Shown here: positions 43,975 to 56,960 of the stretch, one piece after another | How the letters are laid out: the number at the start of each line of letters is the position of its first letter | How positions within the stretch are numbered: the first letter of the stretch is position 1 | Assembly (NCBI RefSeq): GCF_964204645.1 | Contig: NC_134025.1 | Coordinates: 4,216,001-4,280,000 of the forward strand | DNA: 64,000 nt | Source of the DNA: Tubulanus polymorphus | Taxonomy: Eukaryota > Animalia > Nemertea | Direction: 5' to 3' | Made by a program: the position numbers and the translations under genes | Notes under the pieces: model-generated | Database searches by the model: none | The model's input: the letters and a program-made list of their open reading frames with translations, nothing else | Told to the model about the DNA's origin: nothing

Positions 43975-46900
43975 ATGCCTAGGAAGAAAAAAAATCAGAA
44001 ACAGTCTGGGAAAGGGGAATTAGTACCTCCTGCCACTACTGCTAATATAGATGACGCTGTTGGTGAGTTAATTATTTCAGAATATTCTTCCAATTCAGAC
44101 TTAAAAATTAGATAGGCCTAATGTGTTTGAATACAATTTTAGGATCAGAAGGTCATTCTGACTGCAAGAATCGCGAACAAACTGCAGTCACTGAACATTT
44201 TAAGGAACAACCTATAACTATTCACCATACTCAAGAACTTGAAGCTAAGGAAATTGATGAGGTTAATTAGATTCCATGACTTCTTTTGTCAGTTTTATTA
44301 TGTAGATTTTAATTTGTCTAAAACATTTTACAGGATGTTAGAGGAACGATGAAAGGTGTATCAGAATTCACAGTTGGAAGACCTGGGAGAGGCAGAGGCA
44401 GAGGAAGAGGGAGAGGTAGAGGCAGGGGAAGATCACAGGAACAGCAACCCCAATCTCAACCGGGTGTTAGTCAGTTCGCAGATGAATCTATAAAATCCCA
44501 AATTCAGTATCAAACGCTCGCTCCAGCTGATACTCAAGACGAAAAATTTGATCAGTCTCAACCTGTCGTTAGCAAAACATCGGCATCAGGTGGAGCTAGA
44601 CCCAAAACTCATCAGTATCAAAAGTTCGCAGTCCCAGCTGAAAAAGAAACAACTGCTCAATTGCCACCTCAGTATGAAAACATTGCGGAATCTACTAAAG
44701 GGTTTGTGCAGCCTGTAATATCCTCCCCACCAGTTACTCCTGCTCAACCAAACCTCACAATGCCTAAACAAGAGGTTTATTATCCTTCAACTGAAACTAC
44801 CTGTACAGATTACCTAGAGCTCCCGAGGCGGAATGGAAGAATTGGTAAAGTAGGGCGTAAAATTCCATTACGCGTCAATCATTTTCCAGTGAAATTGAAG
44901 ATGAGCGGTTTTCTTCATCATTACGATGTTTCAATTAAACCATCAAAAATACTACCAAAAAGGCAAAATCGGTAAATAAAAATCTCTAAAAACATTCTCT
45001 TAAAACGTCATTTTCAATACATTTGCGCTTATTGGTAGTTTTTCATATCCTTCCACTACATTGTATTCATATTTTTAGAATGATAATTGATCAGATGTTG
45101 AACACGTATAGTAAAGTATTTGGTAAAGAGCGGCCTGTTTATGATGGATCAAAAAATATCTACACTAAAGAGCCATTACCATTTGATGATCAGGTGTGTT
45201 ACAGTAACTGTTGGTGAATAAAATGTTGATTAATTATTTACTGATTTATTAAAACACATTTGCAGAGGACTTTCACCATAGAGCTTGAAAATGGCAGACC
45301 TCAACGATTTGAGATTGCAATTAAATGGGTGAACCAAGTCAGTCTTAACGATTTAAAAGACTATTTGGATGGCAAATTATGTCAAATTCAGTCAACTGTC
45401 AATGTACTTGATACAATATTCCACCAACTACCAGCAATGAGGTGAGTTTACTTCAATTTCTAAATGAAAATATGTGTTATGAAATTATAAAAAATATCAT
45501 GCTCTTTGTCACCTGAACTTTTTCAGTTATGTAACAATTGGAAGATCGTTTTTCCCAAAACCAGTGAATGGTGGTTTTGATTTAGAAGGTGGCAAGGAAA
45601 CGTGGCATGGATTTTTCCAAAGTGTCCGTCCCCAGTGGAAAGAATTTTCCCTGGTTCTGAACAGTCAGTACTATGGCATGGAGTATTATGATTTTAATTC
45701 GAGAGTTTAATGAGAAAGTTTAATGAGTAGAAAATTAATTTTCCAGATTCAACAACGGCATTTTATAAAGATGAAAATCTTGTTGACTTCATCTATGAAG
45801 TATTAAGGCTTAGAGAACCACTCCAGCGTCCCTTACAGCCTCGTGATATTGATAAATTGCAAGCTGAATTAAAAGGTCAATATACTGCTAGATTAAAACC
45901 TTGAATTTGAGTATCATCAAAAATACATAAAGGGGTCCTTGGTATCATTAATTTGTGATAGGGACTTCTTCTGATTAATGCTTATAATATTTTATTTTAG
46001 GGGTACGAGTTGAAAGTACTTATGCTGGAAAAAGGAAGAGACCTATTAAGGGGATAACAAAAAAACCAGCCAGGACACTCACGTAATACATCAATCATTA
46101 TCTTCACATGTATAATCCATTGTCAGAAATTAAGGAATGATGATGAATTCTAGATATCATCTGTAGCCATTCTTTCATAAACTTTTAAAAACTTTGGCAC
46201 TTAAATTTGTTTGATTATCATATGGGTGCCTGCCACAAATTTGTAAAATCATACACTCTTTCCATGGCATAACTTTTTACATTACTTTATAGATTTCCTA
46301 TGGAAGAGAAAGGACGTCAGATGGAATGCACAGTGGAACGATACTTCCTGGAGAAGTATAATATTAAGTTGAAGTACTTGATATGATAACAACTATTCAT
46401 TTAAATCTATATGTCCACCGTTCATAAATGTTAAAATTTGTAATGATTATCTTTTGTTTGTGAAATTTTAGACATCCTTTTCTACCTTGTGTACAGTTTG
46501 GTGATTTATCCCGCCACCAGTATATTCCAGCTGAGGTAGATATTATTGTCTTCTCAGTTTAAATAGAAGTCTTATGCAGGCTTGCTTTATTACCTAACTT
46601 GATTTTCTTGTTTTCTTTTCAGCTTTGTTTAATTCTCCCTGGACAAAAAAGTAGAAGAAAACTAACCGATTTTCAGACAGCTAAGATGATAAAGGTTCGT
46701 AAGTTTGTAAAAAGTTAAGATTATGTGTAATAAAGTGCATGTTGATGTATTTCAGTCTGTTGTGCTAATTTTCTCCAGCATGCTGCAGTTCCTGCTTATG
46801 AAAGAAAGAGGAAAATTGAAGAATGGGTATGTAGATTAGTTACTAAACCTGCCTCAATAATATCTAATCACCAGTATCATGAATCTGTTTTATAAATCAT

Positions 46901-49511
46901 ATCGATTATCTGCAGGTGAAGCAAAGAAATTTTGATAATGATCCATATTTAAAACATTTTGGCATCACTGTAAGCAAAGAAATGAAGAAAGTTGATGGTC
47001 GCGTTTTACCATCTCCTGGTATTCAGTATTCTCCAGGGAACAGGGTATGTATATGATACTCAATCATAACAATATTTATAAAGAATGCTATGAGATTAAT
47101 CTAAAATTGAAGATGCTGTAAGTAGATATATCTTTTTAGAACAAGGATTGTAAAATGAATCCGAGGGATGGCTCATGGAATATTGGTGATGGGCATTATC
47201 TTAAGCCATGTAGCATTAAATCTTGGATTATGGTTAGTTTCGCTAGTGAGAGGACACAAAGAGGCCTTATAAAGTAAGTAAGTTATTCTTATAAATCCTT
47301 TCTCTGAACTAAAATATAATCACAAATATTACTGTATTTTAACAGCGACTTTGGTAAGCGTTTAACTACAATGATGAAGAGTCGTGGAATAGAAATGGAC
47401 GAGCAACCGCCACAAATTCATTACCAAAGTGACAGGAGAAAAATTAAGGATACATTGCATTTGATTAAGAAAGAATATCCAAATATAAAGCTTATTTTTG
47501 TCATTTTGGCTCAAGCAAAAGAGGATTACGGTAAGATAAAGAACACATATGTACTCTTGCAATTCTGTCCTTACGTTTTTGTTATTCACTAGTCGTAATT
47601 TCATTATTTTTAGAATTAGTTAAACAGATATGCTCTCATGACCTTGGTGTAATGACACAATGCATGCAGGAAAAAAATGTCTCAAAAGCCTTGAATTCAC
47701 CGCAATTTCTCAACAATATATGCCATAAGCTGAACTCAAAACTTGGAGGTATCAACAGCTCAATAATACGCCTCGAAGATGATCTTGTTAGGAGGTAACT
47801 TCATACAATATTACCAAGATTGATAAATTTGATAATCCAAGATTTTGAACTACCAGTTCACTATATTTTTTAAATACTCTTCCGGTATTTTTAGATGCAT
47901 ATTCCATGAACCAGTGATAATAATGGGTGCTGATGTTACCCATCCTGCTGCTGGTGATACATATAGGCCCTCCATTGCTGCAGTAAGTCAGTTATACCGA
48001 TATATGTACGGGTGTATTTAGATTTTAGGTTCTTGGGCTTCTGTACAACCCTTATTCTTGGTCTGTCGGTCTTTTGGCTACCTAGCTTCGTTAATACTTG
48101 GTCAATCTTGATGAAACTTGGGTACAATGTTAATAGTGTGTCCTAGTTGTGCAGTGCAGAGAATGGGCCCGGTGCACCACCTAGTGAGATTGAACTAGGC
48201 ACAAAAAACTGTTCGCTTCAACGGAGAAATTAAAAGGTTTGATGAAATGTAGCTATTGGTCCTAGGTACAACAAATCCAAAATGCCAATGGAACTAACTC
48301 ATCATGCATGGTAATTTCGTAGTTCGCGTTAAAGCCTGAGCCCAGAATCGTCGTCGCATGTTGCTTGTTAAAAAATCAATCACATCTATTTTATGTACTC
48401 AGGTTGTTGGGAGTCTTGATGCGAAGCCATTCAAATTTAAAGCGGAAGTGAGAGTTCAGAAACACAGACAAGAATACATCGAGGATCTGCAATCTATGAC
48501 TAAAAACCTTTTGAAACAATTTTTCTTAGCAACGAAACGTAAACCTCACAGGATTATCTTCTATAGAGATGGTGTCAGTGAAGGACAATTCATGGAGGTA
48601 ATCAGTAAAAACATTCATGTACATTGTACATGTGCATACATTGTACGTGCTCATGCAGTCAACTATAGCAGTAAACAATCCTACATTATTTAAGATTTTA
48701 GTGCGTGAAGTGGATGCAATACGGAAGGCATGTACGTCTTTAGAGCAAGGTTATAAGCCTGGAATAACCTTCCTTGTTGTACAAAAACGACATCAAACAA
48801 GATTATTTTGTGAACATCGAGAAGATCAGGTAAAAAATAATGGAGCCATCAAATTATATAATTCAAGAAGTGAATCAAAAGTATGGTTATATCTAATTAT
48901 GGAAGGATCAATGAATTTAAGGTTGGACGAGCTGGAAATGTGCCTCCTGGAACTTGTGTAGATACAGAAATCACACATCCCTTCAATTACGATTATTACC
49001 TGTGCAGTCACGAAGGCTTGATGGTAAGTTATATTCAATCTAAGTAATACATTTTACGCATGTATTACTATCTGTCCTGAAAAATTATGTCCATTCACAA
49101 TGTTATTACGCTTAAATTTTATTCAGGGAACGAGTAAGCCAGCTCATTACTTCCCGTTATGGGATGACAATGACTTGGGGGCTGATGTACTGCAGATGTT
49201 AACCAATCAACTATGTTATGTGTATTCAAATTGCACACGCAGTGTCTCGATGCCAGTGCCTGCATACTATGCCCACAAGGCAGCATTTATGGCCAGAGTC
49301 CATATCGAACGAGTTTTCAGAGAGTAAGTACAATATTTTCATGCATATAAGATCATTCCCGTCTCCACACAAAAGGTAAACAAATTCTTGTCATCTTTCT
49401 AATTGTAGTAACGATCTTGCAACTTGTGATAAGAACGGGTTCCCGACTAAGGAAATGGCTGAAGCCGTTGAAGTAAACTGCAATCTTCAAAACTCAATGT
49501 ATTTCATTTAG
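43975..49511 (+). CDS. Argonaute (AGO clade, divergent Ago2/siRNA-like) with N, PAZ, MID and PIWI domains
   Basis: [131 protein letters not shown], terminal MYFI*. ATG at 43975 inferred from two in-frame upstream exons. Confidence 0.95.
47990..48360. mobile_element. Probable repeat fragment (Helentron/HINE-like) enlarging an Argonaute intron
   Basis: This intron is ~420 nt against ~80-100 nt for its neighbours and is GC-richer. It contains ggtctgtcggtc...atcttgatgaaacttgggtacaatgtt, which resembles such elements from memory. Confidence 0.35.
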
Positions 49512-51501
49512 AGCAAAGCTGAACTACAAAAATATCTGTGATTCTAAAACATGTGTGTGTGTGTTACAAATTATTATCTTTTTAACCAATATTCTAAGTT
49601 TTCCACTGATCCATCGGTGTGTAATGTAAATAACTGGTCTTAAATTGTCGAAAGATAGCAGAACATCGTATATCAGCCGCCAAAAATACGAAAGTACTGA
49701 CAGCTTTTCATTGATGTCTGATTGAATAAATCAATAAAAGACGAATACGGTCGTAATATCCTCATTGACATATTATTGTGCTTTACTCGGCAGGATTTCA
49801 ACTACACTGAACTGAATTTTGACCTAAAATAGACTTCTTCTACTCTTATTATCAACTGGGACCAGTCATTTTTGGCAATAATTTGATATAAACAATATAA
49901 TTGGATTCGACACTTTCGGTCGCAATGGTTTGTGTTACAGTTAAGCGATAATTCCACTTGAGTTCTATGGAGTTATTCCAAGTCAATCATCATTGGACAT
50001 GATTTTTATATCCCAACCATACAAAGAATACTGAAGTCATTCACTTATAGAAGAAATTATTGATATATATATATATATATATTATTTCCATATAAAAACA
50101 AAATAAAACAAGAGTTTGCATAGAAATTGAACCACTCAAAAAAGGAGCACAAACGAAACAGTCCAAAACTTGAAATTAACGTAAATGCGTAATGGCACTT
50201 TTGGAGTGATGATGGCACCATTGACAGACTTGTAGTCATTGTATTACCACCAATTTCCAAGAACCAGACAATAAATATAGCAAAAGAATTGCAAAGATTC
50301 ATTATTCATGAGACAACTGTTGCAAAATCGGTGGTTTCTTCCCAAATTACCATCAAGCATTTGACAATGAATATACATATATACATACTAACTATTAATA
50401 TATGAAATGTATCTTCTCATCCTATTTTATATACCCTACAATACAATACTAGACACATTAAAATGAATGTATCAAAATGTTTGAGCAACTTTAACACTAC
50501 ATTTAACAGTCAATGGCATAACTAGGATCAAATAAATAAGAAGTTAAACAGTCAGTTAAAAAGGCTAAGATTTGTACAAGTTCGCAAGAATATTGTAAGC
50601 ATATGACTTTATGACAAAAATTTATATCAATCATGCACAAACAATACACAATTATGACTCCAGCAAAAATAAAGGACATAGATTCATATTTCAATAGATT
50701 TACCGCCTCAAACCATAAAATTTAGCTGTTATCTTTTCAGGAAACAATATCTACAGTTTATAAAAGCATAGTTCTATAAAGAAAATTATAGGGTACCATT
50801 TTTCCTCAATTTAAAGCCTTAATTAATGGAAATGAGAATACAGAACTGGACGGATATTTAATTTAGAGATTCCAATGTGAGAGGAGGCAGTTATGCTCGA
50901 TAGTATAGGCCTATTATGAATTCAGAAGAATAGCTATTATGAATTCAGAAATATCTTGCATTGAAAATTTAACACGGATTTTTTTTGAATTTTCAATTGG
51001 TATATTGTCATCCAAAACCTTAAAATGGTAAAACAGCAAATCACCACAAAACAATCAACCTCAACCATTTTTTTTTTCAATTAAAAAAGATCAATCATCA
51101 AAAGTCTGCTAGTTACCGGTAGGTCGAAATCAATTAATTTTTATATAAATTTCACTGATAAAGTTAGAATTTCGTAAGAAATAGAATAACCAGCAAGATT
51201 TCGGATAATAACAAATGATGTTTTGGAAGACATAATCAGGAAGTTAAACAACTGTACCAAACAATGTGGATTAAGGAAATTTTACATTAGTGTTTTACTG
51301 ACAAGAGGATGATTTCCATGTGACTAGTCAGTAACAATCTGACTGTTTTTTAGTATCACTATCCAACTATGAAAGCTTAACACCGATGATTAGGTCACTA
51401 ACTTATTTGACTCATTACGTCAAGCAAATTAAAACTTTTCATCACACTTATGTACACACAATAACTGAACAGTTTACATTCACATAAACAATATTTACAA
51501 T

Positions 51502-53332
51502 TTAGGCACCAAGTTCCTCCTCAACGATTATCTCTTCATCTTGATAATACCCAGCTTCTCTTATACGTCGGTTCTTCAAGTATCTCAATATACTGAGAAC
51601 AGCTAACATTAACCATACAATACATACTATCCATGAACAGGTCTGAAATCAATCCATCATACTGCAGGCTTTAGTAAAGTCTGAATAAGTAAACAGGTAA
51701 ATGGGGAACTGCAAAACCAGCTATTCCGCCGGAGGGTGTAATGAGCACTCATTATTATCATTATGTTGTTAAAATGATTTCATTTTCAATCAACTTTCAA
51801 CTGGATTTTGAGGCCCCCGAATCCATAAATTATCACAGGATGCGCCAAATGTATCTCAAATTCATTTTACTAATCAGTGATTGGTATTTTCATTAACAAT
51901 TGATTTAAAAGAATTTGAAGATTTGAAATTGAATACGAAACACCTAGCGAACCTGGTGGATCCTTGCCATAAGTGGAATCCTCCATCACCACAGTAGCAT
52001 TTGCAGTTCCCCATTGATGTAGCTCAACTATTAGAACATTGTTACTTACTGTTGCTGCGACCGTATTATCATAAGCTCTTTTAACATACATGCCTTTTGG
52101 TGGGTGTTCAAGCTTTTGAAAATCACGGCACCTAAAACACAAAGCATTTAATCAAATAGGCCCTACCGGTACATTCAGGTCATTGAACACTGCAGGAAGT
52201 TACTCACTGATCTATTGGTGCTCCGATCTTTTTGCCATCTAAAATATTAGCACACCACTGTCGAAATCCAACACTCATGATACACGAGGCGATGAACTGT
52301 ATGACCGCAACAAGTGAATTCAACAAAAGAAATGGCATCACCCACATCTGGGTCCTATAAGTACAAAAGGAAACAAAATGCAAAATATCTTCAATAATTC
52401 TACTATAAATAATTCTACAGTTGATAAATATCCTGAAACCGTTATCAATGAATGTAAGATATTATCAACTGTGCTTCTACACTAAGAATGAATAAATCGA
52501 TCTGTCATACAAAATGTCTTTTTCATTTAAAAACGAGCAAAATGCATGGAAACTTACCCGATATCCTTATCTCTTTTGCACATCGCTACTGTGTGATAAA
52601 ACGCCATTCCTAGTCCATAGATTATGCAAGCAAACACATTGAAATAGATGACGAAATGACACTGATCATCGGTGTTAATCTTTGAATCAACTTCAAATGA
52701 TGTACGATTGATCCACTTTAATCCGTTATAGAGCACACATCCACCATTCAAATGCACCTGAGTAAAATAGAATGAGCCAATTCAATATTGTTGTTCTATA
52801 CATGTAGAACTAATTAACATGTAGGCCTAACAGTTAAAAGCACCACGACACAGGGGTCTTGTCGTTGTATAATGACAAATATGGATCCAATCAATGACTA
52901 GCACCATAAGTAAAAAGGCTTCTTTTCCATGTCAACCAGACCCTCCCCTCCCTGCTACTTCTTAAGACTTGACATCATATGAATGATTGATTGTAACTTG
53001 TAAGTAAAGACCAAAATCCCATTATTATTATATTAGATTGTGAATATAAACAAAGCAAAGAGTAACACAAAATAAAATACAATTCAGCATTTTATCAGAT
53101 ATCATGAACACTGTACTTGCAGAACAGTATTTTATAAGAATTGATAAATAAAGTTGATTGATTTGTTCTCTTCTTGTTGGGGGCTAGGAGAGGAAGAGAG
53201 TGCACTACTAACTACTACAGCGAACCGTTTTCTTACCATCGTTACACCGGTGGATATAGACACGATTAAACCCAGAAATGCTGCAAAATAGTACAGCGCA
53301 GTCTGCAGTAACAGTGGAAAATCTAAACCCAT
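51502..53332 (-). CDS. TMEM179: Transmembrane protein 179-like (4 TM, 5 coding exons)
   Basis: MGLDFPLLLQTALYYFAAFLGLIVSIS..., LNGGCVLY, QCHFVIY, ASCIMSVGFRQWCANI, TCSWIVCIVWLML. Cys spacing fits TMEM179. Confidence 0.8.
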
Positions 53333-53585
53333 CTTCACGGCGAGGTTAGGCGAAAGGAGTAGCTTTTAAAACAGTGGTGTTGTCGAAACCCATTGAACTA
53401 CCCTACAAAAACTGCTATGCAGCATGATGTCAGAATATATCTCAATCTCGGGACATGTTCAACTCGAGTCGGTTTCGAATCCCGAAATATGATCACCGAA
53501 CGCGCTGAATAAGGGTGGCTCCATTAAAACGCCTCGACCTGCGGATTCTCTCGGAGCTTGCCTACTACTTGACTTATGTTTCAAT

Positions 53586-56082
53586 ATGGAGACCATTTTT
53601 CACGAAAAAGTAAATATCTTGAATATTTTCAAATAGTTTCAACTGTTCCGCTCCACGCTTTCATATTAAGTGCTGGTCATTTGATAAACTATTACATTTA
53701 GAATCAAAGAATCATAAGTATTTGATGATATGGGAAACATTCATGATCAAAACCCAAAAATGCGGATAACGTTTTTCATTCCCTCGACCCTTGGCTTGAC
53801 TCTTGAGATCTCTGCCTAGTGCCCGGATTTACACCTTGCTACTTTAGCAGCCACAATATCATACACTAAACAATGAATGCAACCCCTTTAAAATTCCAGC
53901 ATATGGAGAGGACTATTGTGTCGACTCCTTAGGAAGATCTTTGTTGTTTGATGCAGTGCTGATGATTCTCAATGCTGCTAGTGCTGTTAAATAATCATCT
54001 GTTTTGGTCTTTTTTCTGTAAATCTTTTAGCAAGAAGGTTCACTTTGTGCACAGCATTGCTTGAATGCTCTATTGCAAGGTCATTATTTTACCGCTGTGG
54101 ATTTAGCTGAAATTGCCCAAGGTTTGGATGAAAGAGAAAGACAGCAGATGGCTGAAGGTGGAATTGATTCGGATGATTATAGACAATTTTTACAGGTTAA
54201 TTTACTTTAGGTTATTTTGAGAAGTTGTAATAAGTCACTTGCACCTTTACTCTCTCTTATACACACCATATATCATTCCTACCCTGCCTAGAACTTTTCC
54301 TCACCCTTACCAAAATCTAATCGGATCTAGCAAGCATGGTAGTGTAAGGGATTGTAAAGCCAAGCCTCTAGTTTTTTATGTTATATTTCACTTAAATAAT
54401 CTTTTTCTCAACTCTAATTTGAATATTGACCATTTTCTTATAGCAACCTTCTACTAATATGGATGACAGTGGCTTCTTTTCAATCCAAGTAATTAGTAAT
54501 GCGCTTGGAGTTTGGAATATAGATACAATTCCTTATAACAGTCAAGATCCTGTTGCTGCTACCGCTAGGAGTAACCCTTGGTATAATCAATATTCTTAAA
54601 ATGCATCGTCTTCAACTTGAAAAGCATAAACAACAATGTTATCATTTATTTAACTGCTATTTTCAGTACGCAAAATGCATTTATATGCAACTTTCGTGAG
54701 CACTGGTTCACAATTCGAAAATTAGGCCATCAATGGTTCAATCTCAACTCGTTGTTGACTGGTCCTGAATTAGTATCAGATACGCATCTGAAATTATTGT
54801 TGGCTCAACTACAACAAGAAGGTATCATCCCGCGATCTGCTGCAATGATTTTCTTTACGGAACTGATGATGAGCATTAGCTTTGATTTCATTTCTAGGTT
54901 ATTCAATATTTCTAATTGTTGGAACTTTGCCGGAGTGTGAGGCAGATCAATTGCTCATGACAATGGCAGCAGTACCGAAAGTGAATCCAAAGTTGATTCA
55001 TGTCGCTCAACAATCGTCTGGTACAGCTGGACAAAGGTAATCTATGCAAATGTAGTAAATCTTAAGTTATTTCATTCCATGACATTGAAATTACCAGTTG
55101 TAGGGGTAATATTATTGTGAAAAATTGGAAGTTGAAATTTCCTTGAAAAGTACTGGTGGTGAAAAATTTGAAAATTTTCAAAAGTGTGTGAAATTTTAAT
55201 GAAATTCTGTGTACAGAAGATTTTGATGTCCTTTTCTGCAAAAGGTTCTTTCTGCTTTACTTTTTTTTAGAAGTACACTATGCATGCATCTTTTGTGTTC
55301 CCCTTCATTTAGGCTTATTGCTTTGGAACTTGAATATGACAATGTGAAAAAATGTAATAATTCCTCTATACACTACCGGGTAATCTCACTTCTGTAGTTG
55401 CTAAATACTGTCTTAATCATTGTTTTGGCATTAATTACCAGGACCCAGAATTATAGTGTTTGAAATGATTAGATTAGGGTTGTATGTTTTCTAGTGCAGG
55501 TGCTGTATCACAGGACGACCTTCAACGTGCTCTCAGACAGAGTATGGAAGATGATGACCATTTACAGGAGGCAATGAGAGTTAGTATGGAAGAGGACAGT
55601 AAACAAGATAAATCATTGCAAAGTTTATTGCGTTTGACCGCTGACGAAGCAGAAGAGCAGGAGCTACAAAGAGCTCTACAGATGAGCATGGAGGGTTTCA
55701 ACGCGACTCCGATAGGTAAAATCATCTTGAATCGTGATAATGGCTTGTCGTATAATGATATTCATCGTTGGAGGTCCCTCTGATTTTGTAGTTAATAATT
55801 CAGAAGAGCTTCAACCTGTTAATGGTCCGTCATTGGAAGATTTACGAGAGAAACGCTTAGCATATCTCGGTAATCTGGATACTAGTGTAGAGACTAGTCC
55901 AAGTACTTCAAAATCTGTCACTCCGGCTGATCCAGGTTGGTTTGTAAGTGTGCATTCACTCTGACGCTATGTATTAAACAGAAAATCCTTTCTTATGTAT
56001 TTGATTTATATTTATTGTAGAGGAGATGACTGAAAAGGAAATGCTGGATGCTGCTATCAAAATGTCTCTAGAATCTACGTGA
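53586..56082 (+). CDS. ATXN3: Ataxin-3 (Josephin deubiquitinase with UIMs)
   Basis: METIFHEK-QEGSLCAQHCLNALLQG (catalytic Cys), NMDDSGFFSIQVI, FICNFREHWFTIRKLGHQWFNLNSLL (His, Asn), UIM-like repeats, TGA at 56080-56082. Confidence 0.95.
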
Positions 56083-56960
56083 CCTCTCACCGAGAGGTGA
56101 CATTTCTGGTGCCTTACATCATCTCTGCTTCAATGATTTGTAATTGCTAAGATGTGCATTTTATGAGCCTCTATGAACATTGACTATTGTATTACCCTAC
56201 ATATTAATGCATTGAAAATTATTGCGATAAGATGCATAGTCTTAGACATCAATGCTTTACAGCAAGTTGAAATGTGCTTATTGGATCTGCAGCCATTGTA
56301 TCTATATCATATACTGAGAAACAAACACTTTAAATATAGCAGTTACTTTAACAGTTGTTTCTGAATGCATTACAATATATGTCGCTCTTTAAATCGCTAT
56401 CGATGCATCTAGATTACTTAGTCTTAGTGAATTTGGAATGAATAGCAAGTGATACATGTGATGTATTGTTGATAGAACAGTGGGTTTCATTCAGGGAAGA
56501 AATAATGATCACCTTAATGATAATTCATACATATTATGCAGAGATTATTATTAAGGTCAGTACATGTAACTAGGCGTTATACTTTTGTATTATTTGTTTT
56601 TATTGGTTGAAAAATCTCTTGATAAAATTAACGTTTATAATAAAATCTTACAGGAAAAATTTTGTTGTGGTTATCTTTGATTTGGAGGTTCAAGGGGGTG
56701 ATATTTTGGTGTCTTGAATTATTCGTTTCTGAACATCTTTTCGCTGTTGCTGTCACTCGTACGACCAGAGATTATGGCTTTTTTATCCTTTGATAAATAA
56801 ATTAATTTTGAGGATCGAACCCTTCCCTTTAGAAAAAAATGTCGAGCAGAAACTCTGAAAAAGATTCGAATCCCTGATAAAATTAACCAAAACAATGTGC
56901 TGTCTATTGAATTTCATTGTCAGTTACATGTTTACACAATTTACGTCTTAAAATCATTCG

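Noticed and set aside
43404-43982. ORFs 43404 and 43722 as Argonaute N-terminal coding sequence
   Set aside because: They span promoter, 5' UTR and intron sequence and are not in frame with the spliced CDS starting at 43975.
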